Shown: in pieces, positions 1-8,570 of the stretch
Layout of the letters: each line of letters starts with the position of its first letter
How positions within the stretch are numbered: position 1 is the first letter of the stretch
Virus record (IMG/VR): IMGVR_UViG_3300027860_000007
Coordinates: 1 to 64,000 of that record
Reading direction: 5' to 3' (one strand)
DNA: 64,000 nt
Source: a virus
The notes under the pieces: model-generated
Seen by the model: the letters and a program-made list of their open reading frames with translations, nothing else
Database searches by the model: none
What the model was told of the DNA's origin: nothing
Program-made: the position numbers and the translations under genes

Positions 1-1641
1 TCTGGTGCTGATTTATCAATATTGTTATCTTCTCCTATTTCAGGCAACCTATTACAATATAACGGAACTAATTGGATTAATGTACCAAGTAGTACTTTTG
101 GCACAGGTTCAGTAACTAATATAGCTACTGGTACTGGTCTAACTGGCGGTCCAATAACAAATACTGGTACTATTTCAATGGGTACATCTGGCGTAACTGC
201 TGGTACTTATGGAGCTGGTACATCATTTCCTAGTATTACGGTTGATGCACTTGGTAGAATCACTGCTGCTACTACCGTAGCTCTTGGTTCTATTGCTAGT
301 CAAAATGCAAATAATGTAAGTATTACAGGTGGTAATATTAATGGTGCTGTAGTTACTGGTTTAAGTAGTCCTGTTAATACAAGTGATGCTGCTACTAAGG
401 GATATGTTGACAATGCAACCGCAGGCTTAACTGCTAAAGCTGCTGTTAGACTTGCTACCTCTGGAACAAATTTAGTTGGTACATATAATAATGGAACAAG
501 TGGCGTAGGTGCAACTTTTACCCTTACGGGTACTGGTGCATTAACCATTGATGGTTCTGCTGTTCTTGTTGGGGATAGTATTTTAATAAAAGATCAAACC
601 GCTGCTCTTCAAAACGGTATTTATACAGTTACTGTAGTTGGTACATCTGGCACAAGTGCGGTTCTAACTCGTAGAAGTGATTATAATAGTTCAAATAATG
701 TTTTTGATGGTGCTTATGCAGTTATAGAAGAAGGTACTATTAATAAAGGTACTCTTTGGATAACCACTTTTACTGGGGATCAAACTTATACTATTGGTAC
801 TACTTCAATAAATTTTGTTGAATTATCAGTAGCAAACCAAACAGTCACTTTTACTGGTGATGTAACTGGTTCAGGTGCAGGAACTATACCAACTACATTA
901 GCAACAGTAAATGCAAATGTTGGTACATTTGTTGTAATGTCAGTTAATGCTAAAGGATTAGTCACAGCAGCATCAAATTTAGTTGTTTCTGGTGATGTTA
1001 GTGGTACGTCTAGTGCAGGAAGTTTATCACTAACCTTAGGAACTTCCGGTGTTACTGCTGGTACTTTTGGAGATAATTTACATCCAGCTATTATTACAGT
1101 AAATGCTAAAGGAATTGTTACAAGTGCCTCAACTGGCACAACAACTTTAGGAACAGGTTCAGTAACTAATATAGCTACTGGTACTGGTTTAACTGGTGGT
1201 CCAATAACAAATACTGGCACTATTTCAATGGGTACATCTGGCGTTACACCAGGTACTTATATGCAAGTTACTGTTGATGCTTTAGGTAGAGTTACAAGTG
1301 CAAATACTCAAGGATATACTTGGGTTCAGATTTCAGGAACTACACAAGCTGGTACTACCAACACTGGGTACATTCCACAGAACACAGCACTAACTACATT
1401 TACATTACCTACTACTGCAAACGTAGGAGATACAATTCCTTTTGTAGGTAAAGGTACTGGTGGATGGAAAATTGCACAAAATGCAGGACAAACTATTCAT
1501 TTTGGAACTAAAAACTCTACAACAGGTACTGCTGGTTCTCTAAGTTCCACAAACCAATATCATTGCGTAACTTTAGTCTGTGTTACTGCAAATACTGATT
1601 GGGTAGTTAGCAACTCTGTAGGAAATTTAATTATTATATAA
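1..1641 (+). CDS. Gly/Thr-rich tail fibre / receptor-binding protein, 5'-truncated by window edge
   Basis: Frame open from base 1 (SGADLSILLSSP...YNGTNWIN, paralogous to N-terminus of next gene); GTY..ITVDALGRIT fibre repeats, DAATKGYVD motif, internal ~37-aa duplication. Confidence 0.8.
   Translation, partial: SGADLSILLSSPISGNLLQYNGTNWINVPSSTFGTGSVTNIATGTGLTGGPITNTGTISMGTSGVTAGTYGAGTSFPSITVDALGRITAATTVALGSIASQNANNVSITGGNINGAVVTGLSSPVNTSDAATKGYVDNATAGLTAKAAVRLATSGTNLVGTYNNGTSGVGATFTLTGTGALTIDGSAVLVGDSILIKDQTAALQNGIYTVTVVGTSGTSAVLTRRSDYNSSNNVFDGAYAVIEEGTINKGTLWITTFTGDQTYTIGTTSINFVELSVANQTVTFTGDVTGSGAGTIPTTLATVNANVGTFVVMSVNAKGLVTAASNLVVSGDVSGTSSAGSLSLTLGTSGVTAGTFGDNLHPAIITVNAKGIVTSASTGTTTLGTGSVTNIATGTGLTGGPITNTGTISMGTSGVTPGTYMQVTVDALGRVTSANTQGYTWVQISGTTQAGTTNTGYIPQNTALTTFTLPTTANVGDTIPFVGKGTGGWKIAQNAGQTIHFGTKNSTTGTAGSLSSTNQYHCVTLVCVTANTDWVVSNSVGNLIII
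100..1260 (+). repeat. 111-bp direct repeat inside tail fibre gene (100-210 and 1150-1260)
   Basis: Both encode GTGSVTNIATGTGLTGGPITNTGTISMGTSGVT(A/P)GTY; differences almost all synonymous. Confidence 0.9.
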
Positions 1642-1649
1642 ATTTTATT

Positions 1650-1707
1650 TTGACTTTTATATGTTTTTTAGGTAATATTAAATATATAAGAAACATATAA
1701 AAGTCAA
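1650..1707. repeat. Perfect 17-bp inverted repeat / hairpin between fibre genes, overlapping a sigma70-like promoter
   Basis: ttgacttttatatgttt (1650-1666) and aaacatataaaagtcaa (1691-1707); TTGACT-N17-TAATAT at 1650-1678. Confidence 0.85.
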
Positions 1708-1716
1708 TTAAAGCTA

Positions 1717-2772
1717 ATGACTCTACAAAATAATAATGAAAATAGTTTAAGTGTTAATTCTGATGGGTTTTCTATTGGTGCAGGAACATCCACAAGAACA
1801 CTTACTTTGTCTGGTGCAGATTTCCCCGTTTTATTAGCTTCTCCTTCATCTAATAATGTTTTACGATATAATGGAACAAATTGGGTTAATGGAAATACGC
1901 CTTTAAATATAACTTCTAATTTCACTTATATAAATGGAACTTTAGATTTAGGAACTTCTTTAACAGTTTCTACTAATCAATTCACCATTTTAGGAAATTC
2001 TAATTATGGATTACTCCATTTAGTGTCAAGTGGAACTAATCAAGAAGCAAGTGTTAGTTTTTGGTCTAATAATGTTGGTTCAAATGGTAGTGGAGCTTGG
2101 GATGTTGGAGCTAATGTGGTTCCTAGTTTATCTGGAACTGGAAATCTTAGTATTTTCAATTCTGGCTTGGGTGCTTTTTCATTAATTATTAATGCAAATA
2201 ATAATTATATTTCCATAGGAAAACAAGGTTCTGCTTCTTATCCATTAGATGTAAACGGAACAATCAATACCTCTAGTATCTATTCTATAAATGGAACGGC
2301 AATACGATTAGAAAATTTAGCCAATGTTGTGACAGTTAATGAAACTATTGGTGATGAGTTAATGTTCAATGGAACAAATTGGATTAATTCACCAAATTTA
2401 TCAACAAGCTCTTCAGGAACAAGTACTACATCATCAACCACATTTCAAAACAAAATTAATTATACAACTGGAAGTTTGCAGCCAGGAATTTATCAAATTG
2501 GATGGAGTTACATATATAGTTATTCAACAGTTGCGAGAAATTTTGCAGCACAAATATTAGCAAATTCTGGCACAGTCTATACCCATACATCATCGACAAA
2601 TACTGGTGCTTTAGGTGCAGGTGCGGTAGGTAATTTGCCATCATCTGGCTTTGTTAATTATACATTAGCTTCTAGTGGTACGTTAAATGTACAATTAATG
2701 TATGCTGCAACAAATACTGGTGATACTGCAACGATTGCAAATGCTTATCTTGAAGTTATGAGGATACAATAA
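1717..2772 (+). CDS. Second tail fibre / receptor-binding protein
   Basis: N/S/T/G-rich, two YNGTNW-type motifs, PLDVNG motif, shares N-terminus with upstream fibre. Confidence 0.7.
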   Translation: MTLQNNNENSLSVNSDGFSIGAGTSTRTLTLSGADFPVLLASPSSNNVLRYNGTNWVNGNTPLNITSNFTYINGTLDLGTSLTVSTNQFTILGNSNYGLLHLVSSGTNQEASVSFWSNNVGSNGSGAWDVGANVVPSLSGTGNLSIFNSGLGAFSLIINANNNYISIGKQGSASYPLDVNGTINTSSIYSINGTAIRLENLANVVTVNETIGDELMFNGTNWINSPNLSTSSSGTSTTSSTTFQNKINYTTGSLQPGIYQIGWSYIYSYSTVARNFAAQILANSGTVYTHTSSTNTGALGAGAVGNLPSSGFVNYTLASSGTLNVQLMYAATNTGDTATIANAYLEVMRIQ

Positions 2773-2773
2773 A

Positions 2774-3358
2774 ATGCTAACTTACGAATTTAATTGGCTT
2801 AGCTTTCCTATAGATTTGGATAAATTAACAGCTTATATGATAGCAAATTGTACTAATTATAACAGTATGACTTGCAATGATTCTGGTTGTACAATTAACT
2901 TTAATACAGATTATTCTACTTCAGACATTACCATATTAACAAATTATTTAAATGGTTTGACTTCTGCTAATGAAGCTACTTCTATTGCGTTAAATAATAT
3001 CACCAATGAAATTAATAATTATCGAGATGGTGTTTTATACAATGGTTTTACTTATACTGATGGTTTAGTGTACGACAGCGATTCGGTAAGTATGACAAAT
3101 GTCACTGCTACATTGACAATAATTAATTCAGGTATAACGCTCCCATCTACTTTCACTTGGAGAACTGCTAATAATAGCAATCAACCTTATTCAAATTCTA
3201 CATTTATTGCTTTTGCTGGAGCAATTTTTATGTGGGCAGAAGAAGTTTATGCAGCAAGCTGGACACATAAAGCTAATATTGCTGGATTATCCACAGCAGA
3301 TGCTATTAACTCATATAATTATAAAGCTAATTGGCCAGCTAATAATTATAATTTATAA
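2774..3358 (+). CDS. DUF4376-like tail fibre-associated (assembly) protein
   Basis: INNYRD..YNGFTY..YDSD..S..N, WRTANN motifs; directly follows fibre genes. Confidence 0.7.
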   Translation: MLTYEFNWLSFPIDLDKLTAYMIANCTNYNSMTCNDSGCTINFNTDYSTSDITILTNYLNGLTSANEATSIALNNITNEINNYRDGVLYNGFTYTDGLVYDSDSVSMTNVTATLTIINSGITLPSTFTWRTANNSNQPYSNSTFIAFAGAIFMWAEEVYAASWTHKANIAGLSTADAINSYNYKANWPANNYNL

Positions 3359-4145
3359 TTTTTTTAACGTCTCTACTATAATTTTCTATTTTGTGATTAA
3401 CTAATAAAGTATCTTTAAGATTAAATTTTTTTATTAGCGGTTTATAGAGGTGTTTAATTAAAAGATATAATATAAAAGGGAAAATTATTTTTCTAAATAA
3501 TTGTATTTTTGATTCTTCTTCAACTGTTTTTTTCCAAATTATATAGGTTTTTCCAATAGATATAAAACCAAAAAAGTTTAGTGGAAGTAATGGCACTATA
3601 TCATATTTTCTATTAATGTGAATTATTCTTTTTTCATTTATATCTAATTCTTGATGTGCTATAGAGCAGAATGAACCAAAATAAATTCCTTTAGACTTAG
3701 GTATTCTTAAATTTGCTATTTGTCCACAAGCTCCCCCCAAGCTATGACCAGTAAAAATTATTGATTTATCTTTATGTAAGTTTAGATAATCTAATATATC
3801 ATTCCATACTAAATCTAAATGATTAGCTGCTCCAGCATGTATAATTAGGTTAGCCTCTTTCTTTTTTAATATATCAATATCATCTATAATATCAGAAATT
3901 TTATTATATTCCGTGCCTCTAAATGCAATATAGACATTATTACCTTGCGTACAACAAGTAATATGTGCATTATCCCTTCTAATAATAGAAATATTATCAA
4001 AATTATTTTTAATCAAATATCTTTGTTGTGTTTTAGGATAATAATAAGAAACCCTGCAAATTTGCACACAATTATATAAAAATTTTTTATCACAATCTAT
4101 TTTACTAATTTTCTTTGTGAACATTCTTGAAATAAAATTTTCCAT
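3339..4145 (-). CDS. Class 3 lipase (alpha/beta hydrolase)
   Basis: AFRGTE, IHAG, TGHSLGG nucleophile elbow, DIVPLLP, C-terminal His. Confidence 0.9.
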   Translation of the reverse strand: MENFISRMFTKKISKIDCDKKFLYNCVQICRVSYYYPKTQQRYLIKNNFDNISIIRRDNAHITCCTQGNNVYIAFRGTEYNKISDIIDDIDILKKKEANLIIHAGAANHLDLVWNDILDYLNLHKDKSIIFTGHSLGGACGQIANLRIPKSKGIYFGSFCSIAHQELDINEKRIIHINRKYDIVPLLPLNFFGFISIGKTYIIWKKTVEEESKIQLFRKIIFPFILYLLIKHLYKPLIKKFNLKDTLLVNHKIENYSRDVKKIINYNY

Positions 4146-4186
4146 AATTACTTACCTAATCTATTTGAAATATTTACAGAAAAATA

Positions 4187-4215
4187 TTGATAAATCAAAA
4201 GAATTGTGTTATATT
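4187..4215 (+). promoter_or_regulatory. Sigma70-type early promoter
   Basis: TTGATA-N17-TATATT with extended TG. Confidence 0.6.
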
Positions 4216-4252
4216 AAAAGATGGGAAACTATTATGATAAGGAACAAAATAT

Positions 4253-4423
4253 ATGCCACCTAAAAAAACAAATATTAATACAGATTTAACTGATAAAGAA
4301 AAAATTGATCTATGGCTTAAAACAAATGAGGCATCTAAAATAGAAAAAAATGTACAAGGTGATGTTGTACATAAGAGATACCCATTAAGAAAAAAGAAAA
4401 AGCCACAAGTTGTAATAGAATAG
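4253..4423 (+). CDS. Small basic hypothetical protein (56 aa, not in ORF track)
   Basis: ATG after AAGGA; MPPKKTNINTDLTDKEKIDLWLK...PQVVIE, upstream of uvsY. Confidence 0.6.
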   Translation: MPPKKTNINTDLTDKEKIDLWLKTNEASKIEKNVQGDVVHKRYPLRKKKKPQVVIE

Positions 4424-4435
4424 GAAATATTTTAA

Positions 4436-4903
4436 ATGAAAACTTGGTATAGGATCATCAAAAACGATTTAACTTTAATTCCTGATTGTCTTGAATATTA
4501 TAATGAAGAATATATAGAAGGAAAAAAAGAGATAAAATTGTTTGGAAATATTGAAAAAGCAAGTTCTTCAATACCTCATATTGTAGAACATAGGTTTAGT
4601 CAATTACAAGATATTGAAGCTATTTTAGAATATCTTAATATTCAATATAGAAAAACTCGTAGCGATGTTTTTCAAAAATGGTTTGAAAATCAAAAATCAG
4701 CTAGATCATTGACTGCAAGAGAATGTGAAAAATATGTTGATAGTGATTCATATGTAAATGATATTGCTGAACTAATTAATGATGTTGCATTAATAAGAAA
4801 TCTATATCTAAGTTTGATGAAAGGCATAGATGCAAAGTCATGGCAAATAGGAAATATTACTAGATTACGAGTAGCTGGCTTAGAGGATGCTAGCTTAAAT
4901 TAA
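4436..4903 (+). CDS. uvsY: UvsY-like recombination mediator
   Basis: Helical 155 aa; EKYVDSD, GIDAKSWQIGNITRLRVAG C-terminal signature. Confidence 0.8.
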   Translation: MKTWYRIIKNDLTLIPDCLEYYNEEYIEGKKEIKLFGNIEKASSSIPHIVEHRFSQLQDIEAILEYLNIQYRKTRSDVFQKWFENQKSARSLTARECEKYVDSDSYVNDIAELINDVALIRNLYLSLMKGIDAKSWQIGNITRLRVAGLEDASLN

Positions 4904-4904
4904 A

Positions 4905-5081
4905 TTATTCTAAATATTGAGAAAAATCTCCAAGATAAGTTACTTTACCTTTTCCTGATTGCTTTAATCCTTTTTTAACAGATTCAAGAGCTTTTTTGTT
5001 TTTATATATCCATTGTTCTCTAAAAGGAATTTTCTTAGAAATTTTTAATTGTGATATAAGAAATTTGATAATTTTTTTCAT
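4905..5081 (-). CDS. 58-aa protein resembling the C-terminal part of small type II antitoxins (not in ORF track)
   Basis: MKKIIKFLISQLKISKKIPFREQWIYKNKKALESVKKGLKQSGKGKVTYLGDFSQYLE. Confidence 0.6.
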   Translation of the reverse strand: MKKIIKFLISQLKISKKIPFREQWIYKNKKALESVKKGLKQSGKGKVTYLGDFSQYLE

Positions 5082-5089
5082 AAATTTAT

Positions 5090-5434
5090 TTACCCAAAAG
5101 CATCTAATGAACTTACCTTAACATGTCCTTCGTTTCCATTGGAACACACAAATCCATTATAAACAACTCGTGATAAAACTTTTTTATAGTAATTTTTATG
5201 TTCTTCATTTCTGGATATTAACCAAAGACAATCTTTACCATCCCTATATAATCCAGTTTTACTGAATTTATGAGTGACGCTATCCTCATTAAAATTCATA
5301 CCCTTAAATACTGCCCTATCCGTTCCATTATTAGGATATGATAATAGCTGAGCATAGATTTCATCATTTTTTATATTGCTAATGTACCAAAGACCACCGT
5401 AAATGCACTTTACAATATCACTCATATTAAACAT
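5090..5434 (-). CDS. Hypothetical early protein
   Basis: ORF with AAGGA RBS in early cassette. Confidence 0.6.
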   Translation of the reverse strand: MFNMSDIVKCIYGGLWYISNIKNDEIYAQLLSYPNNGTDRAVFKGMNFNEDSVTHKFSKTGLYRDGKDCLWLISRNEEHKNYYKKVLSRVVYNGFVCSNGNEGHVKVSSLDAFG

Positions 5435-5445
5435 AATTTATTTCC

Positions 5446-5598
5446 TTAATTAATTAATTTTTTATGTTTTGTGTCATAAAAACGATAGCAATTTTTTCTT
5501 AATGCAAGATTTCCATTTTTATCATAAACTAAGACTAATTTATTGCCATCATTGACATCTTCTTCTTTGATGTAAAATTTATTTGATATTTTAATCAT
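5446..5598 (-). CDS. Hypothetical protein (50 aa, not in ORF track)
   Basis: MIKISNKFYIKEEDVNDG..., directly downstream of duplicated promoter/RBS. Confidence 0.55.
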   Translation of the reverse strand: MIKISNKFYIKEEDVNDGNKLVLVYDKNGNLALRKNCYRFYDTKHKKLIN

Positions 5599-6183
5599 AA
5601 AAATTACCTAAATTTCTAAAATATTACCATTTATATTATAAATGTCAAGAGTTATCTTTTATCTATTAATTTTTTTATTCCCATTTTTTTATTAAAGCGT
5701 CTTTTACCACTTCTAAAGTTGGTGGTTGAATCGTTATAATTAAAAATTGGTAATCTTCAATAGCACTTCTGAATATTGGCTTAATATCAGAAAATTTTTT
5801 ACCTTCAAATCCTGGTAAAAAATTCGTAGCACTTAATGCAAATTCATTGTTTAAAAACTGATGAACTGAAGCTATCAATTTTCTTCCTTTTGTAATGATT
5901 TTAGCTCCTTTGTTATCTTCAAATGTGTAGATAATAGGTAGAGGTATTCTCATCAATATTGATTGAATCACTTCAGATTTATAAAGCTTATCTTTGAGAT
6001 TTGTGATAGGTTGATCAAAAATCAATCGTTCGTTTTTGATCATTTCATCAAGTTTAAAAACAGAAATATAGTCTTTACTACTTCTTACACGATTTATCTT
6101 TTCAGACATAAAAATTACCTAAATCTTATTTATTATAATATTAATATTACCATTTTTATTATAAATGTCAAGAGCTATCTTTT
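5599..6183 (-). repeat. Duplicated early promoter + RBS module (5599-5660 and 6110-6183)
   Basis: 41-bp copies with 2 mismatches (5620-5660, 6143-6183) containing TTGACA..TAATAT; identical 15-bp RBS segment before each ATG. Confidence 0.85.
5675..6109 (-). CDS. Degenerate DUF262 (ParB-like, GmrS/NsnA-type) domain protein
   Basis: KSEVIQSILMRIPLPIIY, FLNNEFAL..GKKFSD motifs; DGxQR replaced by KGRKL. Confidence 0.7.
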   Translation of the reverse strand: MSEKINRVRSSKDYISVFKLDEMIKNERLIFDQPITNLKDKLYKSEVIQSILMRIPLPIIYTFEDNKGAKIITKGRKLIASVHQFLNNEFALSATNFLPGFEGKKFSDIKPIFRSAIEDYQFLIITIQPPTLEVVKDALIKKWE

Positions 6184-6189
6184 TTAATT

Positions 6190-6218
6190 TTGCATTTTCT
6201 ATAAAAATATAGTACATT
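6190..6218 (+). promoter_or_regulatory. Sigma70-type promoter
   Basis: TTGCAT-N17-TACATT. Confidence 0.5.
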
Positions 6219-6248
6219 ATTATAAAAGAATAATAAAGGAGAAATAAG

Positions 6249-8510
6249 TTGGAACTTTTTCATGTAACAGAAGATATTACGTTTAGTATCCCTTTCGACA
6301 CTAATACTGTATCAGTTTCAGTTCAAAAGCCAAGAGATAAATTAGATGTAAAAAGTATCTACGTTTCAACTGGTGCATGTATTGAGATTTTTAAATCACA
6401 GATTCAAGCAACACCACAAGAAAATCTGCCTAAAGATTTCAAATTTAAAATTTTAGACAAAGCAACAAAGAATAAAATATTTGGAATTAAGAATTTTCCT
6501 AGATTTTTAAGCAATTTCGATAGTAGTGTTTTTGAAAGTGAATATGCTTATACGGATCCAACTAATTTTAAAACTATTCCCACTACTCCTTTTATTCCTT
6601 TAGAAGAAAAAATAAAAGATATTAATAAAGATGAAATAAAAGTTTTTATTATAAATGGCATGGGTACAGGATTAGGAGACGGTATCGTTGGACTTACTGC
6701 TTTAAATATTTTCTATAAAAGACTAGAAAAAAAATATAAAAGAATAACTATAGATATAGGTCAGCCTAGTATTATTGGAGATTCTAGTCATAAAGATTTA
6801 TATAGTCAAGAATCCATTATCAATAATTTAAGTTATCTTCCCATAACCGTAGAAAAACTTTTAGAATATGATTTAGTTATGGATAATTCAGCAATGATTA
6901 TTCGTGACAATTTTCCAAAAAACACCATGTTGGATTTCTTTTTGGAAAATTTGAGCATAGATAAAAATTCAGTACCATTAAAAGAAAAACAAAATTGGTT
7001 ACAACTTAGTTCAAATGCTCTTGCTGCGTTAGAAATGCCTTTTAGGTTAGCAAGGCAAAATAGCTATTTGGATTATCGTAATAAAAATAAATTAATTCTA
7101 CTCCATACTTCAGCGAGTAGTCCAATACGCTCTATCCCAAGAGATAAAATTAAGCATATTATAAAAAATATCATTGATACAGACAAGGATTACATAGTAA
7201 TTACTTGGGAAAATTTGGATGATGTCATTAAAGAAATTAATGATTTGCTTGGTCCAAAAAAACATAGGCATATAAATTTTAATTTTTTAAACAGTAGTTT
7301 TGACAGATACGTTGCAGCAATAAGTAAAATTGATGCTTTAGTAACTATTGATACCAGTAGTTACCATATAGCCAACTCATTCAATAAACCATCTATTGTT
7401 TTGTTTTCTACTATAAATCCTGAATTAAGAATTTCTAATTACCCACTATGTAAAGCGATTGAAGTTAAAGCAGATAATACGTTAGATGGTATTCACGTTT
7501 CAGTGAGTGAAGAACATTTAGCAAAAAATAATAAAAATTGGGAAAATTTTAATATAAAGCAAATAGGAACAGAGCTTAAAACTTTATTGAAATTAAAAAA
7601 CAAAGAAGAATGTCCTATTATTATATGTCCTACTTGCGATAGAGATTTATCAAATAATAGACCATCTGATAAACTTGGAAATAAGGAATTATTTTATTGT
7701 GATAGATGTCACTATGAATTTAGAAATAATAAAAATATAGATTTTTCTTATCATAACAATAATATAATTGAGAACGCTAAATTACAAAATTTAGATTTAA
7801 GACTTAAAGAAGTAGTCAAAGAAGAAAAATATAAAACAGTTATTGATTTTTTGCAAACTTTTAAAGGACATAACCTAAACCTACTTGATTATGGATGTGG
7901 AATTGGTGATTTAGTAAGAATTTCTACCAACTTAGGATATATCGCCTGTGGTTACGATACAGATAAAAATATAATAGAATTTGGAAAAAATTTCTATAAT
8001 CTTCAAAATCAATTATTTTACACTGATAATACATTACTTGGAAAATATGATGTAATAACTTGTGTTGAAACATTAGAATTTAATGATTATCCAGTTGAAA
8101 TAATTAAAAAATTATCAAGTCAATTAAAAGATGATGGTTTTTTGGTTTTAGTGACTAATAATTTAAATACGGCAGAACATAATTTAGGGATTAAAAATAG
8201 ATTAATATATACAAATGAGATTGCTGCTTTTGTAGATAGACATAGTATAACCTCTCATAAAGAATTGGTAAGTACAGTATATGATTTGAGTCCACTTTAT
8301 CAAAAATCTTCTGAAGTCAACAGTAATATTATAGAGCATTTAAGATACCCTATGCCAAATGTTACTGTAAATGTGAATGACCAGATTGTAACGATTGATG
8401 GAAATAATTTAAAAGCATTTACCCATGAATTTTATGCTCCCTTAGCAAAGGGAATTGAAAATGGTGGAAAATTTATAACCACTATTTTCCAAAAACATAA
8501 AGCAATATAG
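6249..8510 (+). CDS. GT9-like glycosyltransferase + Zn ribbon + class I SAM methyltransferase fusion
   Basis: GLGD, IDTSSYHIA..FNKPSIVLF (GT9); CPTC..CDRC; LLDYGCGIG, YDVITCVETLE. Confidence 0.75.
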   Translation: MELFHVTEDITFSIPFDTNTVSVSVQKPRDKLDVKSIYVSTGACIEIFKSQIQATPQENLPKDFKFKILDKATKNKIFGIKNFPRFLSNFDSSVFESEYAYTDPTNFKTIPTTPFIPLEEKIKDINKDEIKVFIINGMGTGLGDGIVGLTALNIFYKRLEKKYKRITIDIGQPSIIGDSSHKDLYSQESIINNLSYLPITVEKLLEYDLVMDNSAMIIRDNFPKNTMLDFFLENLSIDKNSVPLKEKQNWLQLSSNALAALEMPFRLARQNSYLDYRNKNKLILLHTSASSPIRSIPRDKIKHIIKNIIDTDKDYIVITWENLDDVIKEINDLLGPKKHRHINFNFLNSSFDRYVAAISKIDALVTIDTSSYHIANSFNKPSIVLFSTINPELRISNYPLCKAIEVKADNTLDGIHVSVSEEHLAKNNKNWENFNIKQIGTELKTLLKLKNKEECPIIICPTCDRDLSNNRPSDKLGNKELFYCDRCHYEFRNNKNIDFSYHNNNIIENAKLQNLDLRLKEVVKEEKYKTVIDFLQTFKGHNLNLLDYGCGIGDLVRISTNLGYIACGYDTDKNIIEFGKNFYNLQNQLFYTDNTLLGKYDVITCVETLEFNDYPVEIIKKLSSQLKDDGFLVLVTNNLNTAEHNLGIKNRLIYTNEIAAFVDRHSITSHKELVSTVYDLSPLYQKSSEVNSNIIEHLRYPMPNVTVNVNDQIVTIDGNNLKAFTHEFYAPLAKGIENGGKFITTIFQKHKAI

Positions 8511-8511
8511 C

Positions 8512-8540
8512 TTGACAATCATTACATTTCGTGCTATTCT
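8512..8540 (+). promoter_or_regulatory. Strong sigma70-type early promoter
   Basis: TTGACA-N17-TATTCT with extended TG. Confidence 0.8.
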
Positions 8541-8570
8541 TTATTATAAACAAAAATAAAGAGTGTTTTT

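Noticed and set aside
100-1260. DGR template/variable repeat pair in the fibre gene
   Set aside because: Both copies are coding, differences are mostly synonymous and not adenine-specific, and no reverse transcriptase is in the window
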